In this document: positions 1-10,359 of the stretch, piece after piece
Numbering within the stretch: position 1 is the first letter of the stretch
How the letters are laid out: every line of letters starts with the position of its first letter
Virus record (IMG/VR): IMGVR_UViG_3300025280_000029
DNA: 64,000 nucleotides
Source of the DNA: an uncultured virus (IMG/VR IMGVR_UViG_3300025280_000029)
Taxonomy: Duplodnaviria > Heunggongvirae > Uroviricota > Caudoviricetes
Reading direction: 5' to 3' (one strand)
The notes under the pieces: generated by a model
The model's input: only the letters and a program-made list of their open reading frames with translations
Told to the model about the DNA's origin: nothing
Database searches by the model: none
Translations under genes and position numbers: made by a program

Positions 1-441
1 AGCGAAATGTCGGAAAAATTAGATGTCAATGGAAGCGCCCGCTTCCGCTCGATAGGCTCTGCTACATCCGCCGGCGCCCTACATTACACTTCAAATGGAA
101 CACTGACCACAAACACTTCCGATAAAAGACTCAAAGAAAACATTACAGAGATTGACAATGCTTTAAACAAAGTGATTTCTCTCAGGGGCGTGTACCATAC
201 TTGGAAAGAGGACTTTGAAGGAGATAGAACAGTAGGCTCCTTAGCTCAGGAAGTTCTCGCTGTTGTACCAGAACTAGCGTTCACCAATGACAACACTGGA
301 TACATGGGCGTTCACTATGATAAGATGGCCCCACTGCTCATCGAAGCCATTAAGGAACAGCAGGGGTTGATAGAAAATCAACAGTCTGCAATAGAATCTT
401 TAATTGCGAGAATCGACGCCCTAGAAGGCCACAACTTATAG
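1..441 (+). CDS. Tail fibre/spike C-terminus with intramolecular chaperone (peptidase S74) domain, 5'-truncated by the window
   Basis: TSDKRLKENI autocleavage motif, then LAQEV...VPE, VHYDKMAPLLIEAIKEQQ and a terminal coiled coil; frame is open to the window edge. Confidence 0.85.
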   Translation, partial: SEMSEKLDVNGSARFRSIGSATSAGALHYTSNGTLTTNTSDKRLKENITEIDNALNKVISLRGVYHTWKEDFEGDRTVGSLAQEVLAVVPELAFTNDNTGYMGVHYDKMAPLLIEAIKEQQGLIENQQSAIESLIARIDALEGHNL

Positions 442-533
442 CTGCACCTTCGAAAATATATTCTATTGTCCGAAGTCGAAATAACCAGTCAATAACCCAC
501 ATTAAAATTTCTAGTCTTTTCATCTCTTTAGCG

Positions 534-543
534 ACTAATTAAT
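534..543 (+). promoter_or_regulatory. Putative late promoter box (ACTAATTAAT)
   Basis: ACTAnTTA motif recurring upstream of structural genes; 27 nt before the scaffold ATG. Confidence 0.65.
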
Positions 544-570
544 TTGTACAAAAATACTAGGAGTATAGTA

Positions 571-1551
571 ATGTCTTCAATGCTAGCACAAGCAATAATT
601 GATGCCTCCGCGCTCAAAGAAGCCGCGTTAAAAAATGCAGAAACTGCAATATTAGAGAAGTACTCTTCTGAAGTTAAGAATGTGGTTGGCACCATTCTGG
701 AAGAGGAAGAATCTAAGTTTATAGAAGAGGTTCCGCCGGCATATGCTAACGAAGAGTTGGATGCTCCGGCCCTCGATGAAGAGATCGAAATCGATTTTGA
801 TCAGCTTAAGCAGCGCTTAGAAGAAGAAGAAGCTCAGGGCATTGAAATGGACGCAGAAGACCTCACTCCATCTGAAGAAATTGCAGACGATATATTAAAT
901 ACTTCCGCAGAAACTCCGGAGCCGCCGGCCCCTGATATGCCAGCGATGCCAGCCGAGCCAGCGCTAGAAGAAGAGATCGAAATCGATGAAGAGCTTCTAG
1001 AGGCTTTAAAGGTTGATATTGATCCGGTCAAGACCGGCCACCTTGAGCAGAACGATCCTGCCACAGAGGATGCACTAGAGGGTGCTGCAGCCAAGGAGGC
1101 TGAAACCGTCGAAGAGGACGAAGAAATAAACGAGGCCGAAGAAACTAACGAGGCCGAAGAAGAACTACAGAATCAAAACGAAGTACTTCGTAAAAATAAC
1201 GAAGAACTCAAAGCTCTTTTGCATTTAGCAAAAGAACAACTGTTAGAAACGAATCTAACAAATGCCAAGCTACTTTATACAAATAAAGTTTTGAATAGCG
1301 ACTCCTTGAATGAGCGACAAAAGAATAAAATTGTCGATGCTATTTCGAATGTCAGTTCCGTTGAGGAAGCAAAGGTTATCTATGAAGCCCTTCAGGGCGC
1401 AGTGGGAACATCTAATAAATCTGATGGGCCAAAGTCACTTCGCGAAGCCATGGGTAAACGCACTTCTTCAATTATTAGAAGTAATAGGAGCGAGGCAATC
1501 CTAATAGACCCTGCGGTCAATAGAATGAAAAGACTAGCAGGATTAAAATAA
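571..1551 (+). CDS. Prohead core scaffolding protein (gp22-like)
   Basis: Very acidic, coiled-coil protein directly upstream of the major capsid gene; C-terminal RMKRLAGLK; AGGAG RBS before ATG 571. Confidence 0.7.
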   Translation: MSSMLAQAIIDASALKEAALKNAETAILEKYSSEVKNVVGTILEEEESKFIEEVPPAYANEELDAPALDEEIEIDFDQLKQRLEEEEAQGIEMDAEDLTPSEEIADDILNTSAETPEPPAPDMPAMPAEPALEEEIEIDEELLEALKVDIDPVKTGHLEQNDPATEDALEGAAAKEAETVEEDEEINEAEETNEAEEELQNQNEVLRKNNEELKALLHLAKEQLLETNLTNAKLLYTNKVLNSDSLNERQKNKIVDAISNVSSVEEAKVIYEALQGAVGTSNKSDGPKSLREAMGKRTSSIIRSNRSEAILIDPAVNRMKRLAGLK

Positions 1552-1579
1552 CTATAACAATTCAAGGAGGTTAATAAAC

Positions 1580-3370
1580 ATGTCTATTTTACAAAAATTG
1601 ACGGAAGGCATCGTTAACCGCGATATGCAGAAAGAGGGCGCAGCCCTCCTCTCTAAGTGGGAAAAAACGGGTCTTCTTGAAGGTCTTGAAACAGATCAAC
1701 TAAGGAGCGGAATGGCTCGATTGCTTGAGAACCAAGCAAAAGAACTACTCCGTGAGTCCAGCACAATGGCTGCTGGCGATGTCGAGGGCTTTAGCGCTGT
1801 TGCGTTCCCCCTCGTACGACGCGTCTTTGGAAGTCTGATTGCTAACGAGCTAGTTAGTGTTCAGCCGATGAGCTTACCATCCGGTCTCATCTTCTTCCTC
1901 GATTTCGTCGTATCCCCAGACGTAGGCGGTGACACATCTGTCACTTCTCGTTTGGGTTATGAAGTTAACGAATCCCTCTACGGTGGCAACGCAGTTGCTC
2001 GCCAGTTGACCGGTGGTGTTAACCTCACTGGTGATGCTGCTGAAGATGGCCCATACGCCCTCAACAACGGCTTCACTTCCGCAACTGGTTCGTCCGGTAC
2101 TTTCCAGCTTGATGCTGGCCTTGGTACCGCCGGCGAAGACGTTATTATCGCTGGTACTTTCGGTGGTAACAACGAAGACCTCGACCGAGTTTGCCGTTTC
2201 GACGCTGACTTAACTTCTGGCTCTTCTACAATCGCAGTTATCAAGATTGCAAAGTCTGCACTTACAGGCAACAACGGCACGCTCCCGAGCTTAAACAACC
2301 TGCCGGCAATCTCGATGCGCAACACAGGTTTGATTTCCGGCTCCCTCGTACGCCGCTTGACCCAGTTCTCTGGTTCTGCAGCGGGCGGACAGGCTCGAAA
2401 CCACATCCTCTTCGTCGTCCAGGGTAACTCTGGCGTTACTGTTAAGACCCTCACAGGTTCTATTAACGCTGCTGGTGGTGCTGCTCACGGTGGCGCTGCT
2501 GACGCAGGCAGAGGCGTTCGCTTCTCCTTCCCAGAGATGGACAACATGACAAATGGTGGAGCAATTGGTTCTATCAAGGGTCAGACCGAGTGGGCACTTG
2601 AAGGCGAATCCAAGATCCCAGAGATCGACATCAAGATTGATTCCATCGCTGTAACCGCAGTGACTAAGAAGCTCAAGGCCAAGTGGTCCCCAGAGCTTGG
2701 CCAGGACTTGAACGCTTACCATAACCTCGACGCTGAAGTTGAGCTTACAAGCATTCTTTCCGAGCAGATCGCTCTTGAGATCGACCGTGAGATTCTTGCC
2801 GACTTGGTAAATGGTCAGACAGCTGGTATCCGCTACTGGAGCCGCGCTGCTGGTCGTTTCGTTAACCGCCTGACTGGTCTAGAGATTGGTGCTAACACAG
2901 CAACTCCAGACTTCACCGGTAACGTAAGTGAATGGTACGAAACACTCATTGAAACAATCAATGATGTTTCCGCTCAGATTCACCGCAAGACCCTTCGTGG
3001 TGGCGCTAACTTCATCGTCTGCGGACCTGAAGTTGCCAACATTCTTGAGTTCACAGCTGGTTTCCGTGCAAACGTCACAGGCGATTCTGATCGTGGTGAT
3101 GTCGGCGCTGTCCGCGTTGGTAACTTGAGCAAGAAGTGGGACGTTTTTGTCGATCCTTACTTCCCACGTTCAATCGTACTCGTCGGTCGTCGTGGTGGTT
3201 CCTTCTTGGAGAGTGGCTATGTCTACGCTCCGTACGTACCACTACAGACTACACCTACCATCTTTGGTGTTGAAGACTTCGTGCCTCGCAAGGGCGTGAT
3301 GACTCGCTACGCCAAGCAAATGGTTCGTCCAGACATGTATGGTCTAGTAGTTGTTGCTGACTTGGTATAA
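1580..3370 (+). CDS. Major capsid protein (T4 gp23-like)
   Basis: ARLLENQ, LVSVQPMSLPSGLIFFLDF, KLKAKWSPELGQDLNAYHNLDAEVELTSILS, YAPYVPL and KGVMTRY motifs; strong RBS and codon bias. Confidence 0.95.
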   Translation: MSILQKLTEGIVNRDMQKEGAALLSKWEKTGLLEGLETDQLRSGMARLLENQAKELLRESSTMAAGDVEGFSAVAFPLVRRVFGSLIANELVSVQPMSLPSGLIFFLDFVVSPDVGGDTSVTSRLGYEVNESLYGGNAVARQLTGGVNLTGDAAEDGPYALNNGFTSATGSSGTFQLDAGLGTAGEDVIIAGTFGGNNEDLDRVCRFDADLTSGSSTIAVIKIAKSALTGNNGTLPSLNNLPAISMRNTGLISGSLVRRLTQFSGSAAGGQARNHILFVVQGNSGVTVKTLTGSINAAGGAAHGGAADAGRGVRFSFPEMDNMTNGGAIGSIKGQTEWALEGESKIPEIDIKIDSIAVTAVTKKLKAKWSPELGQDLNAYHNLDAEVELTSILSEQIALEIDREILADLVNGQTAGIRYWSRAAGRFVNRLTGLEIGANTATPDFTGNVSEWYETLIETINDVSAQIHRKTLRGGANFIVCGPEVANILEFTAGFRANVTGDSDRGDVGAVRVGNLSKKWDVFVDPYFPRSIVLVGRRGGSFLESGYVYAPYVPLQTTPTIFGVEDFVPRKGVMTRYAKQMVRPDMYGLVVVADLV

Positions 3371-3393
3371 CAAGCTCTGCAAATAAATTGAGT

Positions 3394-3430
3394 AATGCCC
3401 CGTCTCTTTGAGGCGGGGCATTCTTTTTTG
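3394..3430 (+). terminator. Rho-independent terminator after the capsid gene
   Basis: Stem AATGCCCCGTCTC/GAGGCGGGGCATT followed by a T-run. Confidence 0.85.
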
Positions 3431-3440
3431 TAGTGGGAAC

Positions 3441-3450
3441 ACTACTTAAT
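3441..3450 (+). promoter_or_regulatory. Putative late promoter box (ACTACTTAAT)
   Basis: ACTAnTTA immediately after the terminator and before the neck gene. Confidence 0.65.
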
Positions 3451-3466
3451 TCTAGAGGGCCCATCA

Positions 3467-4714
3467 ATGTCAGAAATAAAACTTTCACCAAAACAGAAAA
3501 CTAGCACTATAGTTTTGTCGGCCACCGGATCGGCTTTTAAAGTCGCTGCCGAGTGTCCATTCGCTATCTATACAGGATCAGTAGACTTTTTGTCAGGTGC
3601 TAGCGATCAGGTGGCATATACTTATAAGAAGCTTGGTGGGAACATCCTAGATATTGAGCTGACTGAGGGCAACGTGTACGCCGCATACGAAGAAGCGGTG
3701 TTAGAATATTCTTATTTAGTAAACATTCATCAAAGCAAGAACGCCCTGCCCTCCGCTTTGGGCAACTCTACAGGATCATTTGACCACAAGGGGAATCTTC
3801 TTTCTGGAGATTTATCTTCCAGCCTAGCCGGCTCTCGCGCCGAATTGAAGTTTCCAAAGTTCGATTATGCATATCAGCACCGAGTCGGAGACCGGGTAGG
3901 TACAGACGTTGGCATAGGTGGTTCTGAGAATATATACTCTGGATCGTTTACCACTTCTGGCAATCAGCAGGATTACGATTTACAACAATTACTCTCTGCT
4001 AGCAATAAAACTAGAGTTGGGAACAAGAGAGTTACAATTAGAAAGGTTTTCTACAAAACGTCCAGAGCGATGTGGAGGTTTTATGGATACTATGGCGGCT
4101 TCCACGTTGTCGGCAATATGAGAACTTACGGACAATATGCCGATGATTCCACCTTTGAGATTGTTCCAGTGTGGCAGAACAAACTTCAGGCCACCGCATA
4201 CGAAGACGCCATATGGACTAGGACATCTCATTATTCATATGAGATAAAAAACAATAAGTTAAGACTGTTCCCCATTCCAGACGGCACGAGTCCCACCCAA
4301 TTCTGGGTTGAATATACCGTTGCATCGGATGTGTGGACGGAGGATGAGGACAGGAAGGGTGGAGTCGACGGTGTTAATAACATGAACACTCTCCCGTTCC
4401 AGAACTTGCCATATGATAAAATTAATTCAATTGGTAAGCAGTGGATCAGGAGATTCGCTTTAGCTTTGACGAAAGAGATGCTTGGACAAGTTCGCGGCAA
4501 ATTCTCTACAGTTCCAATCCCAGGAGAGAGTGTCACGCTCAACGCAGCTGACCTTCTAGGTCAAGCGAAGGCCGAACAAGACGCTTTGAGAGACGAGCTT
4601 AAAACGACACTTGATGAGCTTACATACAGCAAGATATCAGAAACAAACAATTCCATTGCCGACAGCACCGAAGGCGTTTTCAAGAAGATTCCAACTGGCA
4701 TATACGTGGGTTAA
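3467..4714 (+). CDS. Neck/head-completion protein (gp13-like)
   Basis: KKLGGNILDIELT N-terminal motif and WIRRFALALTKEMLGQVRGKF...VTLNA C-terminal motif; position after the capsid gene. Confidence 0.75.
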   Translation: MSEIKLSPKQKTSTIVLSATGSAFKVAAECPFAIYTGSVDFLSGASDQVAYTYKKLGGNILDIELTEGNVYAAYEEAVLEYSYLVNIHQSKNALPSALGNSTGSFDHKGNLLSGDLSSSLAGSRAELKFPKFDYAYQHRVGDRVGTDVGIGGSENIYSGSFTTSGNQQDYDLQQLLSASNKTRVGNKRVTIRKVFYKTSRAMWRFYGYYGGFHVVGNMRTYGQYADDSTFEIVPVWQNKLQATAYEDAIWTRTSHYSYEIKNNKLRLFPIPDGTSPTQFWVEYTVASDVWTEDEDRKGGVDGVNNMNTLPFQNLPYDKINSIGKQWIRRFALALTKEMLGQVRGKFSTVPIPGESVTLNAADLLGQAKAEQDALRDELKTTLDELTYSKISETNNSIADSTEGVFKKIPTGIYVG

Positions 4715-4718
4715 TTAA

Positions 4719-5213
4719 ATGGCCGACGAAAAAGATAAATGGAAACAGCCGGATGCGCCCCCTCCTCCAATGTTTTTTGGAAAGAAGGAGCGAGATCTGG
4801 TCAAACAAGTCAACGATGAATTGGCTGAACGCGTCGTTGGGCAACAAGTCTTGTATTTTCCAATAAGTAAAGAGAATACAAACTTCCACCCTCTGTACGG
4901 CGAAGCTATAAAGAAAAACTTCTTGCCGCCCGTCCGAGTCTACGCATACGTTGAAATGGAAACAACTCAGACAAATGTTAAATACGGCTATGAATACCAG
5001 AGCAAGATCAATGTCCACTTCCACCGAAGAAGGTTGACAGAGGATCAAGATCTACATGTTCGGGTGGGAGATTTCGTACAGTATGGCGAATACCATTATG
5101 AAGTAGTAAAACTTTACAATGATCAAAGATTCTACTTTGGTCAAGTGGATCACAAATTTCAGGTTAGCGCAGAGTGTATAAGAGCGCGCCAGGGGACATT
5201 CGATGCCAAGTAA
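4719..5213 (+). CDS. Neck protein (gp14-like head closure)
   Basis: GQQVLYFP, HPLYGEA and VGDFV...YEV motifs; synteny. Confidence 0.6.
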   Translation: MADEKDKWKQPDAPPPPMFFGKKERDLVKQVNDELAERVVGQQVLYFPISKENTNFHPLYGEAIKKNFLPPVRVYAYVEMETTQTNVKYGYEYQSKINVHFHRRRLTEDQDLHVRVGDFVQYGEYHYEVVKLYNDQRFYFGQVDHKFQVSAECIRARQGTFDAK

Positions 5214-6102
5214 GAAAAAAGATCCAAATTCGCATACTGGAGTTGAAGACACTTCAATAATCGAAGAGATTGTTTTAATGCCATCGACTTTGGAAACGAT
5301 TGATTATTCTGTGTTTGACTATATCAACGATGGCCTAGACTTACACACATCTACAAACAAGGGTTTTGTAAAGACCCCGGTTATCTGGGTTACTCCCGAA
5401 CGAGCATATCAGATTAAAAATAACAAAGAAGTTAGAGACAAGGAAGAGACGTTGATTCTCCCCCTGATATCCATAGAAAGAAAAGCAGTTATAAAAGATC
5501 CGAACAAGAGAGCGATTCCATATTCGAACATTATACCAGCAAACGATGAACGCGGCGGTACAATCACAATCGCTAGGAAGATCAACCAAGAAAAAACATC
5601 AAACTTCCAAGCTGCACAACGCGCTAGGAAGACGCACACCACCGGCCATGGCCAGAGATACTACCCGGGCATTACGCGCGGTAAGACTGTGTATCAGACC
5701 GTCTCTATTCCACTCCCAGTGTGGGTTTCTGTAGATTATGAGATAAGCCTGAGAGCCGAATATCAACAGCAGATGAATGATTTTATAACGAAGTTGATCC
5801 GCCAGGGTGGCCAGAACAGGATGCCCGTTCGTCTTAGTCGAGATGGCCATAAATTTGAGGCATTTATCGATGGCAGCTTCGCCAACAATAGCAACATCTC
5901 CTCTGTGAGCATGGAACAGAGAAATTATGAAACGGTTGTCAAGATAGAAGTACTAGGATATCTCATCGGAGATGGGCCCAATCAGGACTCTCCAAAAATA
6001 GTTGTAAGAGAGAACGCGGTTGACGTTAAAATACCCAGAGAGAGGGTTATATACGGAGACATTCCAGAACATATCGATAAAAGAGGCTTTTATAAAGAAT
6101 AG
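5203..6102 (+). CDS. Tail terminator/sheath stabiliser (gp15-like)
   Basis: PVIWVTPER, ILPLISIER and PVWVSVDYEI motifs; lies before the sheath gene. Confidence 0.65.
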   Translation: MPSKKKDPNSHTGVEDTSIIEEIVLMPSTLETIDYSVFDYINDGLDLHTSTNKGFVKTPVIWVTPERAYQIKNNKEVRDKEETLILPLISIERKAVIKDPNKRAIPYSNIIPANDERGGTITIARKINQEKTSNFQAAQRARKTHTTGHGQRYYPGITRGKTVYQTVSIPLPVWVSVDYEISLRAEYQQQMNDFITKLIRQGGQNRMPVRLSRDGHKFEAFIDGSFANNSNISSVSMEQRNYETVVKIEVLGYLIGDGPNQDSPKIVVRENAVDVKIPRERVIYGDIPEHIDKRGFYKE

Positions 6103-6124
6103 ATGGATTTTGAATCTTTGAATC

Positions 6125-6134
6125 ACTATTTAAT
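6125..6134 (+). promoter_or_regulatory. Putative late promoter box (ACTATTTAAT)
   Basis: ACTAnTTA in the intergenic region before the sheath gene. Confidence 0.7.
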
Positions 6135-6189
6135 AGAGAATAAAAGCTACTTTAAGGCTTAAGATTAGAAACATAAGGAGTGTTCGATA

Positions 6190-9153
6190 ATGTCTGTAGA
6201 TAGATTTAGGTTTGTGTCCCCAGGCATCTTCATTGAGGAGATAGACCAATCGCAAATTCCCGCCGCCCGCGCAGATGGTGGCCCCGCAATTATTGGCCGT
6301 ACGTTAAGAGGCCCCGCATTAAGACCAACCACCGTCAGCTCGTTTTCCGAGTTCGTTGACACATTCGGTGAACCGGTTGCTGGCAACAAGGCTGGCGACG
6401 TTTGGAGAGATGGAAATCTTTCTGCCCCAACATATGCATCATACGCCGCACAGGCATACCTGAGAAACAGTGCCCCAGTGACGGTTGTTAGAGTATTGGG
6501 TGCACAGCATGCGTCCACTTCAGCTAAGTCTGCTAAAGCCGGCTGGCACGTTCCAAGAACTACCGGCACTGGTTCTGGCGGCGTATACGGACTGTTCATT
6601 ATTGGCTCTGCTTCCGCCGGCACAACCGTTAGTGGTGCCCTCGCAGCAGTGTGGTACCTTAAGAGCGGCGCAAAGATCGCTCTAAGTGGTACCCTCTCCC
6701 ACGACGGATCCACGATGATTTCTACATCTTCAAACGGTGTGTTCTTTAATTCTCAGGATACCTCTAACACTTTCAAAGTTGTTATTAAAGATGCAGGCTC
6801 CGTAGCAGTTGATACTTCATTCAATTTCGACCGAGGCTCAAGCAAATACATTAGAAAAGTCTTTAACACAAATCCGCAGTTGACCAACAGCACAATTACA
6901 GCTGGAACAGCTGAATCATATTGGTTAGGTGAGACATTCGAAAGGCACGTTAATGACAACGTAGCCTCCGGTACAAACTACGGTGTTATTCTCGGATTGG
7001 GCTCTGGTTCAGCTGGTGCAACATCTGCCGGTGACTTCCGAATCGGATACCAGTTGCCAGAAACCCCACCAATTATTGGTCAGGATCTTACAACAGACTC
7101 GGGCTCCTTTAAGATTAACAATCAGCAGGAATTATTCACATGTGTTGCCCTCGATGACGCAGAGTGGACACAGAGTAACCTCAAGGTTTCAGTTGTCGAT
7201 GTTCAACAGTCCCAGGCGCCTGATTACGATCCCTATGGCACGTTCGGCCTTCAGATTAGAAAGATCGAAGATAGTGATGCCCGCCCGCAGATCATTGAGC
7301 AGTTCAACAACCTAACGTTGAACCCCAACGCTCCAAACTACGTTGCTACCCGCATCGGAGATCGTTACATCTCTTGGGATGAGACGGACAGAAGAAACAG
7401 AGAGTATGGCGAGTTCGATAACCAGTCTAAGTACATTAGAGTAAGCGTTAATAGAGATGTTGCCGCTGGTGCGACGGACCCAAGGTACCTCCCATTCGGA
7501 TTCAAGGGTATTGTTAAATACTCTGACTTTAGAATCTCTTCTTCTTCTGTGCTAGCCAAAGCGTTCGGGAAGGGCATAGGCGCAAGCGCCGGCGCCGCCA
7601 CAGACGAAATTTTCGTACTCGGCAATGCCGACGCTGCACGCGATGCAGCAATTCATAACTCTGCTAGTTCTGACTTGTTAGCAGCCAAAGGGATCAACTC
7701 GCCGCGGTTTGCCGTCTTCCCTGGAAGGGGCACTTCGTCACCGGCCACAGCGAGTATCTTATTTCCATCAATTCCTTTGCGACACTCCGGCACTGACGGT
7801 GGTGTACGCGACGGCCGCGATGCATACTTCGGATACCACAACGCAAGATCTCAGACTTCCACCCTTTTTGATGAAAGTATCAGAGATGTTGTTAGAATGG
7901 TACCTGCAGGTTTCTCCGGAAACAGGACGAACCCAACTGGCGTTAACGCCCTAGAGCGCGGCCCAGGCTTCTCCATGGACAACTTGGTATACAACTCAGA
8001 TCGACGAAGCGCTTTCTACAGTGGATCTAATAGAGAAGATATTGTTACCGCACACGAAGGCGGTGGCCGGAAAGCCGGTACATCGATGACAGCAGCTAGT
8101 TCTTCATATACAGAAGTACTTGACCGCGGCTTCGACCGATTTACTGTACCATTCTTCGGCGGCTACGACGGATTAGATATTACAGAGAAAGACCCGCTCA
8201 GAAACAGCCAGTGGTCATCAACATCTACAGAGATGAACGATGCTATGTACTACTCTGTTAAGCGCGCAGTCGATACAGTGGCCGATCCTGAGTTAGCAGA
8301 CATTAATCTGTTAACTGCACCGGGTATCACACAGAGCGGTCTCACCGACCACATAATTCGAATCGCAGAGGAAAGAGCTGACACTCTTGCCGTTATCGAC
8401 CTAGAAGGTGGATACACATCCTCATACGAGAACACAGACACGTTCCAGGCCCGCTCAGGCGATGTTGGAACGACTGTACAGAACGTTAAGAACAGAGCGT
8501 TCAACTCAAGCTATGCTGCAGCTTACTACCCATGGGTACAGGTTCAGGATCCACTAAACTCAACGCGAGTCTGGGTCCCGCCGTCTGTAGTTGCACTAGG
8601 TGTATACGCAAACTCTGAAAGAAATTCTGAGCTTTGGTTTGCACCAGCTGGTTTCAACCGCGGCGGTCTATCACAGGGCGCTGCTGGCCTACCAGTAGTT
8701 AATGTTGTCGAGAAGCTTACGAGCAAGGACAGGGATAATCTTTACGGAGTAAACGTTAACCCAATTGCTAGCTTCCCAGCAGAAGGTATTGTAGTGTTCG
8801 GTCAGAAGACCCTACAGGCAACACCGTCCGCACTAGACAGAATTAACGTACGTCGTCTCATGATCTTCCTCAAGAAGAGGATTTCAAGAATCTCAACTCA
8901 GGTTCTTTTCGATGCTAACACAGATGTTACATGGAATAGATTCATTGGTCAGGTTGAGCCGTTCCTAAGAGACGTTAAGAGTCGCTTTGGTCTCGCTGAG
9001 TTCCGAGTGGTTCTTGATACATCGACCACAACGCCAGATTTAGTAGACCGAAACGTACTATATGCTAAGATTCTCTTGAAGCCAACGCGCGCCATCGAAT
9101 TCATTGCACTAGACTTCGTGATTACTCGCTCTGGTGCATCTTTTGATGATTAG
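6190..9153 (+). CDS. Contractile tail sheath protein (gp18-like)
   Basis: FVSPGIFIEEID N-terminus; SSYAAAYYPW, WFAPAGFNRG, VVFGQKTLQ, ALDRINVRRL and KPTRAIEFI motifs. Confidence 0.95.
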   Translation: MSVDRFRFVSPGIFIEEIDQSQIPAARADGGPAIIGRTLRGPALRPTTVSSFSEFVDTFGEPVAGNKAGDVWRDGNLSAPTYASYAAQAYLRNSAPVTVVRVLGAQHASTSAKSAKAGWHVPRTTGTGSGGVYGLFIIGSASAGTTVSGALAAVWYLKSGAKIALSGTLSHDGSTMISTSSNGVFFNSQDTSNTFKVVIKDAGSVAVDTSFNFDRGSSKYIRKVFNTNPQLTNSTITAGTAESYWLGETFERHVNDNVASGTNYGVILGLGSGSAGATSAGDFRIGYQLPETPPIIGQDLTTDSGSFKINNQQELFTCVALDDAEWTQSNLKVSVVDVQQSQAPDYDPYGTFGLQIRKIEDSDARPQIIEQFNNLTLNPNAPNYVATRIGDRYISWDETDRRNREYGEFDNQSKYIRVSVNRDVAAGATDPRYLPFGFKGIVKYSDFRISSSSVLAKAFGKGIGASAGAATDEIFVLGNADAARDAAIHNSASSDLLAAKGINSPRFAVFPGRGTSSPATASILFPSIPLRHSGTDGGVRDGRDAYFGYHNARSQTSTLFDESIRDVVRMVPAGFSGNRTNPTGVNALERGPGFSMDNLVYNSDRRSAFYSGSNREDIVTAHEGGGRKAGTSMTAASSSYTEVLDRGFDRFTVPFFGGYDGLDITEKDPLRNSQWSSTSTEMNDAMYYSVKRAVDTVADPELADINLLTAPGITQSGLTDHIIRIAEERADTLAVIDLEGGYTSSYENTDTFQARSGDVGTTVQNVKNRAFNSSYAAAYYPWVQVQDPLNSTRVWVPPSVVALGVYANSERNSELWFAPAGFNRGGLSQGAAGLPVVNVVEKLTSKDRDNLYGVNVNPIASFPAEGIVVFGQKTLQATPSALDRINVRRLMIFLKKRISRISTQVLFDANTDVTWNRFIGQVEPFLRDVKSRFGLAEFRVVLDTSTTTPDLVDRNVLYAKILLKPTRAIEFIALDFVITRSGASFDD

Positions 9154-9184
9154 CAAAAGGAGCATGACTTTTTAAGGCCATGCT

Positions 9185-9194
9185 ACTATATAAG
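9185..9194 (+). promoter_or_regulatory. Putative late promoter variant (ACTATATAAG)
   Basis: One-mismatch ACTAnTTA-like box before the tail tube gene. Confidence 0.45.
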
Positions 9195-9217
9195 ATAGAC
9201 ACGGGAGTTTTTAGACT

Positions 9218-9742
9218 ATGACATTTTGGAGTAATGCAGCAGCCGAGCCGAAGCGTTCACATCGCTTTTTGGTTCAATTCGATTTAGGAGTTGGCAACTC
9301 TGTTGAGTTTCTAGCGAGAACGGTTGATAAGCCGGCATTCTCGGTTGGTGAAACAGAACATAAGTTCTTGGGACAGACCTACTACTACCCAGGATCCGTT
9401 ACTTGGAATGAAGTGAAAGTTTCCTTGGTTAATAGTGCTTCTCCCGATCTAGATGCATCCTTGATGGACATCCTCCGGCGCTCCGGCTGGGTCGTCCCAG
9501 ACGACGTAGCTCAAGGCGATGGCGTCATGAACGCGCGCACCATTAACAAGATCGATGCAGTCGGTGCAACTCCGAATGTTATCATTAAAGAACTTGATGG
9601 TGCTGGCGTAGAACTTGGCCGCTGGTCCATGAAGAACGCTTGGATTAAGGACGTTTCCTTCTCTACTCTAGACTACGGTTCTGAAGACATGTTAACTCTT
9701 GATCTGACTTTCCGCTACGACTGGGCTGTCTACAACGATTAA
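9218..9742 (+). CDS. Tail tube protein (gp19-like)
   Basis: EPKRSHRF, YYPGSVTWNEV, WSMKNAWI and LDY...LTFRYDWA; follows the sheath gene. Confidence 0.9.
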   Translation: MTFWSNAAAEPKRSHRFLVQFDLGVGNSVEFLARTVDKPAFSVGETEHKFLGQTYYYPGSVTWNEVKVSLVNSASPDLDASLMDILRRSGWVVPDDVAQGDGVMNARTINKIDAVGATPNVIIKELDGAGVELGRWSMKNAWIKDVSFSTLDYGSEDMLTLDLTFRYDWAVYND

Positions 9743-9755
9743 TTAGAGGCGTCTT

Positions 9756-10274
9756 ATGTCATTTTGGAGCAACCCGACGCTGGCTGTACCAAAGAGATCG
9801 CATCGATTCTTATTACTCTTGGACCTTGATGGCAAAGATAAGAGGTTCCTTGTACAGTCTGTGGATAAGCCAAGTTTCACAACGCATGTTGACGAAGCCA
9901 CTGGCCGCGACGGTAAGGTGTCTTATTGGGCCACCGGACATTTCAAGTGGGAACCAATAACAGTAACATTCATTGTTGATGCAGAGCAGGACTTCGATAA
10001 AGTCATCTCTAACTTAAAGAGTGGAGAACTCCGCGCAAAGAAGTTCCCCGCCATGACAATCCAAGAACTAGATGGCTCAGGGAACAAACTCGGTAAGTGG
10101 AAACTAGACGACTGTGTACTTGAGAACATAAAGTATTCTACACTGGATTATACCACAGAAGATCTGCAGACAGTCACAATGACAATAAAATATAGCACTG
10201 CCGATTACAGTCCAGATATAGGAGGTCAGGCCGCATCCCGCGTTCACCGCAGTCGCGCCCTCAATAACCGGTAA
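9756..10274 (+). CDS. Second tail tube-like protein (paralogue)
   Basis: Shares FWSN...PKRSHRF, VDKP.F, ELDG.G..LG.W and STLDY with the preceding gene. Confidence 0.8.
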   Translation: MSFWSNPTLAVPKRSHRFLLLLDLDGKDKRFLVQSVDKPSFTTHVDEATGRDGKVSYWATGHFKWEPITVTFIVDAEQDFDKVISNLKSGELRAKKFPAMTIQELDGSGNKLGKWKLDDCVLENIKYSTLDYTTEDLQTVTMTIKYSTADYSPDIGGQAASRVHRSRALNNR

Positions 10275-10359
10275 CTACTCAGAAACAAAATAACAAAGTT
10301 TGAAAAAAACTTAAACAAAAACTCCATATACAATATAATGATTAAAGAAAGAGGTTACT

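Noticed and set aside
10311..10339. sigma70 promoter before the chaperone gene
   Set aside because: TATAAT is present but the -35 is poor in an A-rich tract; not enough support to list as a feature
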